NCBI GenBank assembly: GCA_965637545.1
Contig: OZ281496.1
Span: 8,618,001 to 8,682,000 of the forward strand
From: Phallusia mammillata
Lineage: Eukaryota
DNA length: 64,000 nt
Reading direction: 5' to 3'
In this document: positions 49,076 to 61,306 of the stretch, piece after piece
Layout of the letters: each line of letters begins with the position of its first letter
How positions within the stretch are numbered: the stretch's first letter is position 1
Notes under the pieces: generated by a model
The model's input: the letters and a program-made list of their open reading frames with translations, nothing else
Told to the model about the DNA's origin: nothing
The model's database searches: none
Program-made: the position numbers and the translations under genes

Positions 49076-50732
49076 CTCTCATACAAGGGATGCAAAACTA
49101 TGGCCTGCGGCTTTATTTTATCCGACCTGCGAGAGTCTTGGTTTTCAGTATATATCTTGGAAAAACTAAGGCTTTAGTTAACCATTGAAAGTAACAGTAT
49201 TTCCTGCAACAACATGTAAGATTAACTCCACCTAGTTTCACAGAATCTAAAAGGATGATACAAAAGTTTGTTTGTTTCATCACAGATAATATTAAATTAT
49301 CAATGCTCTCTTCATTGTGCGGGAACAAACGCCTTTCTATTGTTAATTGTGATGAAATAAAGAAATAAAATAAATATTTGTGATGAAATAAAGAGTTTGG
49401 CTGGTAGAGGACATTCTTTAAATATACTATTTGTTGGTCCTGCAAAAGCGCTTAGCAGAAACGTTTGGAACGGAGCTGCGTCAGGGATTGTAACCTACGT
49501 AGCCGTCAGATGTTATTTTTATCCCGCTCGTCGTGAAAAAAGTTTGTTTATCTCTGCTGTATTGAAAAAAGCACCGAAAGGTGTTTGTAACCATCAGGTA
49601 TGCCGTTGGGTACCAATGGTTGGAAAACACGCAGGCATTGCCAAGAACACTACAATTTTAAAAATCAAAACGTCGTGGAGTTTTATACACAAATATTTGC
49701 TTGTATGTAGAGCCGTGCATTGTCCACAAATATACAACGGATTTGCTATTCTTACAGCTAACGTCACAGTGTTACCAGAAGATGAACCTCGAAGTAAACT
49801 CCCCATGACGCCACAAATGAATCGGAATTTCGTTATGTGAAAATTAGGAAGCAGGTTTATTTGGGGTTTAACTCGCGTATCAGATAGTGCAAATTTAAAT
49901 GCAAATCAACAACAATATGAGAAAGGAGTTAACTATGCTGCATTTTAAAAATCAAAACATTTCGCGGCATTTATATCTGTTACGTAATAACCATCAATTA
50001 TCAAACTATATGGTTGTGGCATCAATAAATTAATTGTTACATCATAATTTTGGCAAAATAAAAAAAAATGTTTATCGTTTAACGCTATGTTGTTGTGTTT
50101 GGCATGAAATAAAACGTTTTTAGTGCAGACATTTCAGTTTCTCTTTTCTTGTAGCGGAAGTTCGACATGGATGCAAACTCTCAATGACACCACAAATAAA
50201 TGGTTCCAACTCTCGTGCCGTTGGTTTTGTGCAAATGAGGAACTTGGTTAAACCGGGGTTTTGTAGATTTCAGTATATTTATGACTGTGCAGTCACGGAA
50301 TAAAGTCAGATAGGGAATATGTGGGTTCGCATACGAAAACTGGAAAAAGATCACCTTAAATTCAAATCCAAACGCAGGCGAAATTTAATACAACGAAGCT
50401 TCAACTTGTATTCATGCAGAAACGTATGAATCAATTTTTTAGTAGTTTATTCCATCATCCCTTTATATCAATACTACATTTTACCCAAACTACTGTGGAA
50501 CGTTGTTCACTCCAAACATTAACAATAGCCGGAAGCTTGTGCAATTGAGTTATTTATAACATGGAAACCTAGAATAACGCAAACAACGAAATAACACATC
50601 ACGACAATAGATCTTTTTTTAAAAAAATACTAACAAGCAGAAAACTATAATACAAAGTTAGGATGCATGAAAACACAAGCAATTAGTCAATGTGGACTTA
50701 TAACGATGTAATAAAAAATAAACAATTGACTG

Positions 50733-51611
50733 CTAGATATCAACTGTGTCATTTCTTGTCAAAAGTGACAGGGGATATTTCAATATTTCTTTCCACGTTT
50801 CGAACGTTAAAACAAGAGCTACAAGGTTGCAAGTATTTGCTGCAGCAAACAGCTGTATTTCCAGACGAAAGTTACAAAGTGTTGCTACAATATCGGATAA
50901 AATGCAAAGAATTGACATACATGCGGTTCGTTTGATCATTTGTAACCCGGCAATGGCATTTACTCCTTGTTGGGCGCATTTAAATGGATAGAGGAAAAGA
51001 AATAAAAGTATGCACTGGCCCCAAAAATCAATTATACTTCCCACAATCCAAGGCCACACATTACTATCAACATTTCGGCATATATATCCAAATGACTGAA
51101 CTCTTTGTGTAATCGAATATTCAATGACAGCAGTAAATATGCCCAAACTCAGAAAGAAAATGCTCGACCAACTTAGTACTTTAATCCAACCTTTGTAAAG
51201 GTGATTCAAAAGCGTACATTCGTAGAAGCAACGTTGTTTAAACCACAGAAATGTGTAAACTGAGCATAAACTAAAACCTAGAACTATGGGCATGATTTTC
51301 ATTAAAGTTTGACATGCATATATTGATCCGGGAATGTAACCCACATTTATTAAACATATGTCAAGCACAGTGTATATGTTGACTAAAATAGAAGTTACAC
51401 TTGTCATCATATACATAACCCGTGCATTTCTATCTCCACTATTGTACTTGTTGTGTGAAGAACCATAGGCAAATATTGCAATAATCAAGTAAATGGTAAC
51501 GCATAGTGCAGTTGTGTCTATCGTCAGCCAAGCAATTCTTTGATTGGAATATTTGGTTGCACCCTTCGTTCTTTCTTCTATGTCTGTGACATTGGAAGTG
51601 TTTGATTCCAT
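50733..51611 (-). CDS. Intronless orphan 7TM (GPCR-like) membrane protein, 292 aa
   Basis: Intact ORF; seven hydrophobic segments; sequons NTS and NVT; Cys at the top of TM3 (YACQ) and in ECL2 (GYIC); paralog of 11275-12153. Confidence 0.9.
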   Translation of the reverse strand: MESNTSNVTDIEERTKGATKYSNQRIAWLTIDTTALCVTIYLIIAIFAYGSSHNKYNSGDRNARVMYMMTSVTSILVNIYTVLDICLINVGYIPGSIYACQTLMKIMPIVLGFSLCSVYTFLWFKQRCFYECTLLNHLYKGWIKVLSWSSIFFLSLGIFTAVIEYSITQRVQSFGYICRNVDSNVWPWIVGSIIDFWGQCILLFLFLYPFKCAQQGVNAIAGLQMIKRTACMSILCILSDIVATLCNFRLEIQLFAAANTCNLVALVLTFETWKEILKYPLSLLTRNDTVDI

Positions 51612-52589
51612 TTTTAAGTTTCAGTAAAATTCAAAACGTATAACTACGGTTCTCAATCAAAAAATGACTTACTATTCTGTCTGTAAAGTTGCAGCGAATG
51701 CAAAGCTGACTCCGGTTAATAACTGAGCATAGCACAGACTTAAGTATCTACTTCACGAGTTTTATTACAAGCAACATAACAAACAGACGAACACAGATAA
51801 CTTACTTTTACAAGTTCAACGTAACATCAAGTTGACGAGCGATTCGTACATTAAGCGAATAATGACAGAATATAATATTCGCACTTTGACCAGAATGAGA
51901 CTTGGAATTATAATCGGAATTAGAATGAATCTCAATGTTTGTGGTCCGATATTTATACTCAAAAAATTCGATAGCGATCTTGATTGAACAACAGATGATG
52001 AAACCCGAGAGATAAGAAATTGGACACACGGGGATTAGAAATCAATGTACCAAAGTCATTACGCTTGATTAACTCAAGGTTAATAGGGTCGTCCAAAAAG
52101 GGAAAAATATAAATTACAAAAAGCAATCTCGAGAAAAGAACAGATGTTTGCTGATTAATCCGGAGAGACCACGTGATTTGAACACGTGATTTGATGCAAA
52201 GTCAATACATTCAGTAATCAGGCCTAGGTAAACAGAAAAAAGAGACAAATTACTTTTGTATTCGCATTCTAATACGGTGTAGCAGCAGCGTGTTCAACCA
52301 TCCACCAATGGTGCTCGCCACTTTTTTGCGCTTTGCTATTTTTTTCGCCACTCTACCAACCCACAACAGATAGAAGCAAGCGAAGAGAGTTCATCTTTTA
52401 ACCAACAATGTCCGGATGCTCATTAATAAACAAGCTTAGGTTCATTGGTGAATTGTAAAACGAGAAGTGAAACTACGTCACAGTTTCGTCAGTTTCCTAT
52501 GATCTAGTCTTTTCTCAAAACAAGTTTGTGGCGAACTGAATAACACATAGTATACAACAAAATCAACACTTGAAAATGTGGACAATCTA

Positions 52590-52850
52590 TTGAAACCATA
52601 CCTCACAGCAGCCCAACATTTAGCTAAATTTTGATAGGTGAAACAAAGAGCACTAAGACCAAATATAAATAAATGGACCTCTAAAAATGCTAGCACTCAG
52701 GCTTTTTGAGTTGAGGGATAGTATTATCAATAAAATCCAAGGAAACTAACTTAAAACTTTTTCCTGTCCCTAGCCCTTTTTGGAAGCTAAATAAGTAATT
52801 CAGCTCTTTGCGCCACCTACCAAAATTTAGCTGTGCTACCTCGAAATACG
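52590..52850. repeat. Third, diverged copy of the taggtggcgcaaagagc inverted-repeat element
   Basis: taggtgaaacaaagagc ... gctctttgcgccaccta, with the flanking tttagctaaattt motif. Confidence 0.5.
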
Positions 52851-53500
52851 GTTTATGTTGTGCTGCCCCAAAAAATATGACACTTGGTTCGGTCAAAACA
52901 ACAAAAAAGAAAAAAAAGTTGCAAATGGGATGGATTTGGTTATAACATATAAGCTACATGTTGCAGCGGAAACTTGGCTGATATATGTCTTGCTTTTGTC
53001 GTGACGCATCAAAATATTCATCCGCGAGGCGTCATGTGCTTTGAACGGCAGGCCCCACAAGACGGGGGTGCAGCCGGTGCGCCGCACCGGGGCCCATGAG
53101 AGTCCAGGGGACAATGAGGATCCAGGGGACGCATAATTATTCGGTTAAAAATTGCAGGGTCAAATATGTATGTATTTTTAAAATTTGGTCTGATCATACC
53201 CATGTGAACAAAACACGTTGTTTTAAACAAGCTAGCAGTGATCGGGTCTCGAGACTTCAGTCATCATTTTCAAAGATTTGACTTGAGTTTTAGTAGTGAA
53301 AAGACCTGACTTGACTTGTTGCAACAAAAAGGAATTTTTTCACCTGATGAATTATTCAGGTGTCTTCAACTAACAACACCAGAACTTTACCGTGCGATTC
53401 GGAGATATTTGTGCTTAATTTTCACGTAACGAAGTCCTTGCTATGTGGAAAAACTTTCTTTCGTTGGCATTTTGTGCTGTAGTTGCCGTTTGGTTTAAGC

Positions 53501-53908
53501 CAGAGGTCACCAAACTTGACCACTGCGGGTCAGATAAGTTTAACAATGATTCGCGAGGGCCGCATAGTTTAGCGCCTTGCCCCACGAGGCGATTTTCATG
53601 GTCCCTTTTTCAATCCTATTTGAAGTCTAGTAATACGACTTTTAAATTGTATAGTAAGTCCCATCTTACCAGCAATGCTTCTAAATTACGTCACACGTGA
53701 CAAATGAAGGCAGTTGTTCGCGGACAATTAACACACTTCAAAGAGCGTTGTAATCCTACGGAACTATATAACATATTAATTGTACATGTTATGGCAGAAA
53801 AACTTTCGTAAGGAGTAAACTAACTTTTAAATGTTACAAAGTTATCGAAACCAAAAAATGTGGTCGCGGGCCGGATCCGACCCGCAGGCGGTAGTTTGGT
53901 GACCCCTG
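53501..53908. mobile_element. hAT-type MITE
   Basis: TIR cagaggtcaccaaact / agtttggtgacccctg; TSD poorly conserved. Confidence 0.7.
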
Positions 53909-53956
53909 GTTTCATTTGCTTTTAAGCGTTTACTTTGCTGCACAAACGGTGTAGCG

Positions 53957-54401
53957 CAGGGGTGGGCAAACTTTTTAGTGCAAGGGCCGCATTCAAAAGG
54001 TCTTAATCTCAGGGGTCCGCATAGTATTTCACCAACGACCGCCAATTGCTTGCTTGTTTTTTTTTTTTTTTTTTAAATAACTGGTGTAAAGAATTAGGTT
54101 TGTATCCTTTATATATACCATTTAAAGCCTCATTAAATGCTCAGATTAAAAATTTCTTACTTGACGCATAAGTGTACTAAACGGAGCTAACTGTTTATGA
54201 CGTCATAATCTGTATTGTGACGATTGGGGTGCCTGTTCTTTCGCATTGTTTGCACACAGTAAGCGGATAAAAAGTCTGGCGCAAACTATTTGGCAAATTT
54301 AATTTAGTTACGTCACCGCCGCCAGCACGTGTATTTCAACATACATGGTCACAGCACAAACACGTCTCCGCGGCCGTATGGCCGCATGTTGTGCACCCCT
54401 G
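53957..54401. mobile_element. hAT-type MITE (possibly chimeric)
   Basis: Ends caggggtgggcaaac / gttgtgcacccctg with ggccgc motifs; no TSD. Confidence 0.6.
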
Positions 54402-57400
54402 ATTTTGCCCAAAATATTAACGGAGTATATTTTCAGCTATGTGCAAATACGTTTGTTGTCACTGAAATTATAGGACAAACATTGGTTGAAACGCCACAAT
54501 TGCAATTGTTTCAAAATAAACAAGCATTTGTTGGAACATAGGCTACACCACGTATTTTTGTCAATAAATTCTTGCGCCAACATTAAAAAAGCGAGCCGCG
54601 TTTAGTTTCCATTTTTAGGTGTTGTGCGGGTCTGTGTTAACGATTCTAAAGCCGTGTTTAATGTCCGTTTGCAAAGTATTGCAACGACCTAAACTTGATC
54701 CTAAACGTGAACAAGGTTTGGCGTCAACAGTGCAAAGTGGGCTGTATTTGAAAACGTGAAACATTTTTACATTCGCGTTTCGCTTTACTTTTATTTACCT
54801 TCATCAAACGCTTTTACTTTTATTTACCTTTATCGAATGAAGAAATTGTGTTAAGTGACGATTCGCAAAGTAACATGGCAGAAACAACAGGCTAAACCAC
54901 GTAAAAAGTATCTGTGTTTAGTTCCAAAGTAAGTAGCCTATGGTACGGGTAAGATACTGCACATGGTACAGGCATCAGCAATTCGCACCCCCGGTATTTT
55001 TTAAATACTATTCAGCGTTATTAACATTCTCTTTAAAATTTACTAATATTTGGCGGGCCGCACAAACTCCTTCGCCGGGCCGCATGCAGTAAAATATAGG
55101 AATTTTAGGATTTTGAACTCTTAAAGGTTTGACGTTTTTGTCCAAGCTATTTAATGAGTGTGCTAATTACCATTGGCAAACATGCTTTTGTTTGTTCTGA
55201 TTGACGAATGAACGTATTAAATGCTGGATTATCTGCGCATAAACTGTAGTGCAACTTAACAAACTATTCTCGAAAGTGTTCAAGGGGGCCCTAGAAATTG
55301 ACTGCACCAGCATGTTTTTCTTCTCCTCAGGGCCCTGACGAAAACACAAAACGAAACAAACTCAACTCGGCTCAACATAACTCATTAACATAAAAAGGCC
55401 CAAAAAAGTCCTGAAGTCTCAAAGTTTTTATTGCTACCAAACAGCCTGGTTTCAGCACAAACTAACTAACTTCAGACAATGATATGGGGTCATCGTTGTA
55501 ATTGCAAACCGTTCATACTAGTTGATGTTATCGTTACCTTCCGCATATGACTGTACCGATTCAAGATGCGCGCTTGCTGTGCAATCTTCAGTACCATGGG
55601 AAGAAGACCTTGCACTCATGACAATTTGCATTTTCCAATGCCTGTCCTTCTGCTTGCGGAAGGATAGTGAATAAATGAAGGGCCCGGCGCCAGTAATAAA
55701 TTACCCGAAGGGTTTATTGTTGCGTATTAAGTGGTGTTTCCTTAAGAAGGAAGTTCCTATACCTATGAAAAGGTTCGTAACAAAATTTGAAACCTGTTTT
55801 GTGTTGACGCCTTTAAACTGGAGAAAGTAAAAAAAGTAAAATAAAGTTGTTACTAATTCCTTTGCTGGGGCGTAGCGCTTTGTTGCGAAATGCAATCCAC
55901 ACGCTTCTCATTAAATCAGCGTCAAAGTGGTGAGATATGATGTACATTGAAATGTCTCTTTTGGCGATAATGTAAGAATAATTGACGAAGCAACAGTGCT
56001 TCCTAATCAGCGAGGGCTTGTAGCAGGTTGCCGTTTCTCTTTGGTGTGTTTAATATGTATTCATTTCTTTGCTTGGTTTGTCATACTTTTACACCCGTTG
56101 TTTCACAGAACGACTGAGGATGCCCTTTTTGGGGTGAAATATATATCGTTTAACAACCTTGTTGACTGATTTTGATTAGGAAGCACTGTTGCTTCGTCAA
56201 TTATTCTTACATATAATTTAAAATATAATCAGTGATCGTCGACAAAAAAGATGCCCACTACTTGCGGGATAGATCCTGTACCAAACACTAAATTTTGGCG
56301 ATAATATAATACTTAACCAGACCAGCCAAACCCACTTTTCCGGAAATTTACTTAAGTCCAATTCATATTCACCGTGAAATGTTTAAAAAAGAAATTTTCT
56401 TTGTGCCGCGCCAGACGATTGCAACATGTCACAAATCGACCGATCAGACCACCACGTTTGATCACGTGAATTGATTTGACAAACGAGCTTTGTCTAACTA
56501 ATGACAAAATTTGAAGTTTCATCAAAAGCTTCCAGTATTGTTTTTTTGGCCTATTAACAATAAATGATTTCAAACGCCGTAGTTCATAGGGTGATTTTGT
56601 CTTGCTTGCATCTCATGTGTAACTAGTGTCGTTTGGCAAGCGCAGGAAATAACCCTTCATTAATCTCATATGGGAAGTCTTCCCACGCATGATGGAATAC
56701 TGACGCGTTGCTATCACCTATAGTGATGTCACAATGCCTGTTGACGTTGATCTGTCACCAACAATGTTTGCAACTAGCCGTTCACCTAATGTTAATACTT
56801 TGCCGTGATGTATCTTGAAACACTTTGTATCACGATTGCCACATTTATGAGAAAGGGTAAACTATCCAACTTTACCAACATATCTAATTGCTCATTTTAA
56901 TACAAGATTAAGATACATTAACACCGTTTTTGTGTCCTCAGCTTAGCCAATCAGGCTGTCATGTTTGATCACGTGACTTAGTGTATCTTAATATTAGACA
57001 ATGGTAAAAAATCAGGTATATTAGAATCATGGGCGCAACTAGGGGGGCAGGTTCGTCGGCATGCCAGGTCCCTTTTCTATCGACGTTATTGCGTATAACG
57101 GCTCTCGTACTGCGCCAAAAACACGTTCGTTCGCATCAAAGCTAAAAAAACTTGGCGCCGGTGCAGCAGTAAATCGCTTCATCGGCATGTATTGCGATGG
57201 TAAAAACGAAGTTTCTGCGATGTATTTATACAGCAACCTAAATAACCGCAACAACGATCTTTGTTGGAACTTGAAAACGTATATACATGTAAACACACAA
57301 AAATAAAAGGTTTATCGGCGTGGAGCTTCAGCCAAAAATCTTTCAATAACTTGTTTGTAATTTACGTGTCAGTTCCTGGTCCACAATCCGAAACAGACTT

Positions 57401-57566
57401 TTTTAAAAAACGACGTTATTTTCGTCATTTTCTTAGATGGACAAGACATTATTACCACATTTACTTGGTCTCCACTCCAACTCGATGCCTCTGACGTAAA
57501 TATGCACAAGGAATGAACTTACACATAACATGGTACAGCACTAGTAGACAGATTGAAAGATTAACG

Positions 57567-57761
57567 CAGTTCTCAAACTGTGCGTCGTTTCAATTTTCCA
57601 AGGGCGTCGCAGAATAGTTCCGTTTCGTGGCTTTTTGTTGTTGTATCAATAAATACAACTTTAATAATCAGTTTCCTCATTCACTTTTATTTTCTGGTGC
57701 GTCGCAAGTCCTGAAAACTTTTCCAGGGGCGTCGCAACAAAAAAAGGTTTGAGAACCACTG
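57567..57761. mobile_element. hAT-type MITE
   Basis: Ends cagttctcaaac / gtttgagaaccactg; perfect TSD gattaacg. Confidence 0.85.
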
Positions 57762-58180
57762 GATTAACGTGTAGACACCCAGTCGAACGAGTTTATTTGT
57801 TACGAAACAATGCCTTAGTTTAAAACGTTAATATACTTTTTACAATGGGCTTTGTGACTTACAAGTGTTACTTTTTCACGGCATTCGAAGCCGTACAATC
57901 CAAGGACGAAACCCAGTTTTTTTTAGATTATTAGTGGAAAAGCGCGTCACGTTATTCGACCAATCTATGATACGTCGTTCAAAAAAACTACTGTTCAGCC
58001 TTGTTAAAGCACTGATAGCGTTTTGATGTGGCACAGCAAACAATAAGGCTGTGGTAACTCTTTATAATTTCGAATAAACGAAAACGTTAATTGTATACAC
58101 TTTATGCAGGACGTCGTTGTAATTACAAACCGTTTATTCTATTTAATGTTTTTATTAACTTTTCGGCGTACGCTGCAACC

Positions 58181-58219
58181 GAATACAAAGGTATCGTAGA
58201 TGCCTTCGTAAGAATTCCA
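58181..58219 (+). other. Short insertion matching ADP/ATP translocase (SLC25A4/5/6 family) coding sequence
   Basis: Translates (E)YKGIVDAFVRIP, the ANT first-repeat matrix-loop motif YKGIxDxxVRIP. The core is absent from the paralogous non-coding flank at ~55545-55575. Confidence 0.55.
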
Positions 58220-58511
58220 GGATGTGCGATTGCTGTGCAATCTTCAATACCTGCGAAAGAAGGCCTTGCGCTCATGACAAATTGTATAAAGTTCTTAATC
58301 GGTTTGAAACAATGATTCCTTTTTTAAAATCTCTTACCCCAAGTATGTTTGAATGAAAAATGAGATTATTGTAAATTGAAACTAACGACCCTTTAACGCC
58401 GTGCACTGGCGTATTGGTTATGGAAGTGCAAAAAATAGTTTCAATTCGTACTGACACTTTCCTTCAATCTGAAGTTTCCCTACTACGAAGGTGTAATGTG
58501 TTTATAGGGAA

Positions 58512-58640
58512 GGCAACGGTGCTTGTGATTCGACGAGTGCACCGCTGAAACTGTGTAGCTCAGTTGGCAGAGCGTGAGTCGCGAAAACACTCCTGTCACC
58601 GCATTGAAAGGTTGTCAGGTGGTACGCGGTCCGTAGAAGT
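58512..58640 (+). ncRNA. tRNA-related structured element, copy 3
   Basis: A-box TAGCTCAGTTGGCAGAGC (from 58556); hairpins cggtg-cttgt/acgag-caccg, gagt/actc and cctg..acc/ggt..cagg are shared with the 10-kb copy. Confidence 0.42.
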
Positions 58641-58885
58641 TTGTGTCGCAAACAATAGCCATACTTCAATTTACGAACGTTAGTCGAACACGAACATCAA
58701 CAACACCCGGAGTAATTTATTGTTAGCAAGATTTCATACACAATGCGACAAGTAGAAACCGAAAATCCTTATTGAGATAGCACAACACGACAACAGATCG
58801 CTTCAAAAGAAGCAGAAAACTAGGGTGCATGAAAACCACGAGCAATTAATGAGGACTGGCAATAATGTTATGAATAGTAAACAAC

Positions 58886-59535
58886 TCAGTGTTCGATATT
58901 AACTGTTTCACTTCTTGTAAAAATTGACAGAGAATATTTCAATATATCGTCCCAAGTTTCAAACGTTAACACAACAGCTACTAGGTTACAAGCAATAGTT
59001 GCTGCAAATAGCTGTACCTCAAGATACAAGTGAGCAAACATTGCTAATATATCGGTTAAAATGCAAAGAAGTGACATAAAAGCGGTTCGTTTCATTATTT
59101 GTAACTCGGAAATAATATTTACTCCTTGCTGGGTGCATTTAATTGGATAGAGGAAAAGAAATAAAAGTAAGCACTGTCCTGCTGTGTCAATTGCACTACC
59201 CACTAACAAAGGCCACTAAACATTTTCATTAACCTTTATGCATCCATATCCAAATGACTGACATCTTTGAGTCATCAAGTATGCAATGCCAGAAGAAGAT
59301 ACGCCCAAACTCAAAAAGACAATGCTCCACCAACTTAGTACTTTGATCCAACCTTTGTAAAGGTGATTCAAAAGCGTACTTTTATAGAAACAGCGGTTGT
59401 TTAAACCACAGAAATGTGTAAACTGCGCATGCACTAAAACCTGTCACCACGGTCTTTATTTTCACTAGGGTTTGAGATGTAAATGATGATCTTGGTTTGT
59501 TACCAACAATGACAAAAGATATGTCAAGTGCAATG
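58886..59535 (-). pseudogene. Orphan 7TM pseudogene (5'-truncated)
   Basis: Begins in mid-TM2; frameshift near 59391-59398 (KQR region); TAG at 59216-59218 before WP; C-terminus SETVNIEH resembles the 3257 copy. Confidence 0.85.
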
Positions 59536-59620
59536 TACGGAAACCGGTATCATCCTCAGTTAATTAAGTATGTTGCTTAGTTATAAATTAGTCCAAAGCT
59601 ATATTAAAACTTCATTTTAG

Positions 59621-61061
59621 GTATTGCTTGCTGCTTTATGCCAAAGGTCCCCAAGCATATCAGATGCTTAAAGATTCAAATCTTTTGGTTCTTCCATCAC
59701 AACGAACTTTGCGCAGATATAGGTATGTTTTAGAACATGATTATCAAATTTAATGCAAAGAAATGTTTTGCTTTATTATAACTAAATGCTCTTTCTGGAT
59801 TGTTTTTAAGGAATGTTGCGCGTCCACATGTTGGATTTGACATCAGTCTTTTACAACAATTATATACATCAGGCACATGTCTGAATCATAATCATCAAGT
59901 TATGATCATAGTTGATGAAATGAAAATTCGTGGTCAGTGTTTTGCGTAATATAGTGCTTACTAATAACCTTTATAAATATCTGCCGTTGCAGAAGAGCTG
60001 GTCTTTCAGTCTTCTACCAACAAACTTGTGGGCTACGTTGATTTTGACAATGACTGTCAATCACAGAGGTTAGCCTCAAATATCCTTGGGGTTTATATGT
60101 AAAAGGCAAGTTATAACAAAATTAAACAGAAGAAACATGTTTTTGAATGTCAAAACAAACATGTATGTTGATGCAGGCATAACAAATTCAGCAATATCTG
60201 TAATGATAGGCCACTTTCCAACCACTGGGGCAAAGGGTCCACAACTTGTATCGGTGGTTTTACAAGCCATTTCAAGACTATACCTGATTTCAAACCCTGA
60301 TCAAGACCACCTGTAACAACTTGCTGTGTAGCAAGCCTGGTGGAACAAAATATCTTTGGAATGGTGCAGATCTTACATGGTCAATTATCTCAAACCTATA
60401 CCATGAAATGAGCATGTCATCTGCCGACACTTTAATTTCTTTGCATAAGTTAACTGTTCGACATATATATCCAAACACATACAACAAAATGAAAGTCAGC
60501 TATGCTGCACAAGTATTATCTAGTTCTGTTGCCTTAGAAGTCAAGGCCAAAGGATTTCCCATAATGGCCAAGTTTTTATAACTCATGAATGATTTTTTTG
60601 ATATTTGCAGCTCGACCCGTGGCTCAACAAACCCCAGTAAAGCCCCTTTTTATTTTTCGGATGATTATCGTCTCCAATGGCTTGAAACACCCTTTATACA
60701 GTTTTTTAAAAATGGGATTCAAATGTAAAATTTAGACGTAAGCGCAATGGGGATCATTTCTCTGATGCGGAAAAGGAAAAAAATGAAGCTTTCAAAGGCT
60801 ACACGCAATGGTTTAATGTTTACTGCTCGGTCGCTAGTAGAGGTGACAAGAACTCTATTAGCCAACGGGGCAGAATATGTTATTCTACGAAGACTGTCAC
60901 AGGATGTACTGGAAGACTTTTTCGGCAGTGTTCGTGAACAAGGTCTCTGGAGCAGAAATCCAAATGTACCAGAGTTTAGTCAAAGCATGCAATTAATCAT
61001 GCAAGAATGTCAAATGCATGCAATTAATCATGCAAGAATGTCAAAAAAAGAAATATCTTAA
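59621..61061 (+). pseudogene. P-element (THAP9-like) transposase remnant with spliceosomal introns
   Basis: Exons 59621-59722 (AY..L...L.LPSQRTLRRY), 59811-59932 (IVDEMKIR) and from 59993 (EELVF...LVGYVDF); later HKLTVRHI...KMKVSYAAQVLSSSVA and SQDVLEDFFG..R.QG...NP. THAP domain missing; stops and frameshifts present. Confidence 0.88.
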
Positions 61062-61306
61062 ATCAGAAATGCTTGGGAGATCCAGCTTGATTCGGTATAA
61101 CGCCCATGTGTGTACCTTATAACGCGTATGTGTGTACCTTAGTCAAAATGGGGTTGTCATTTCCTATGTTAGTGTAGTTTTTTTCTGACTGGTATTTTAT
61201 ATTTTGTGATTTATGGGTGTGAGTTTTTGCTGCAGTTGCTGTACATAAGCCTAAACTACATACAAGTTGCTACAAGTTACAGAACAAAAATGTTTTATTA
61301 AAGTAT

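Noticed and set aside
49397-49840. 147-aa ORF
   Set aside because: No recognisable motif, non-ATG start, and it overlaps a diverged local duplication; treated as a chance ORF.
53341-53362. CTGATGA as a hammerhead core
   Set aside because: It is part of a simple hairpin (cacctga / tcaggtg) with no downstream stem II and GAAA.
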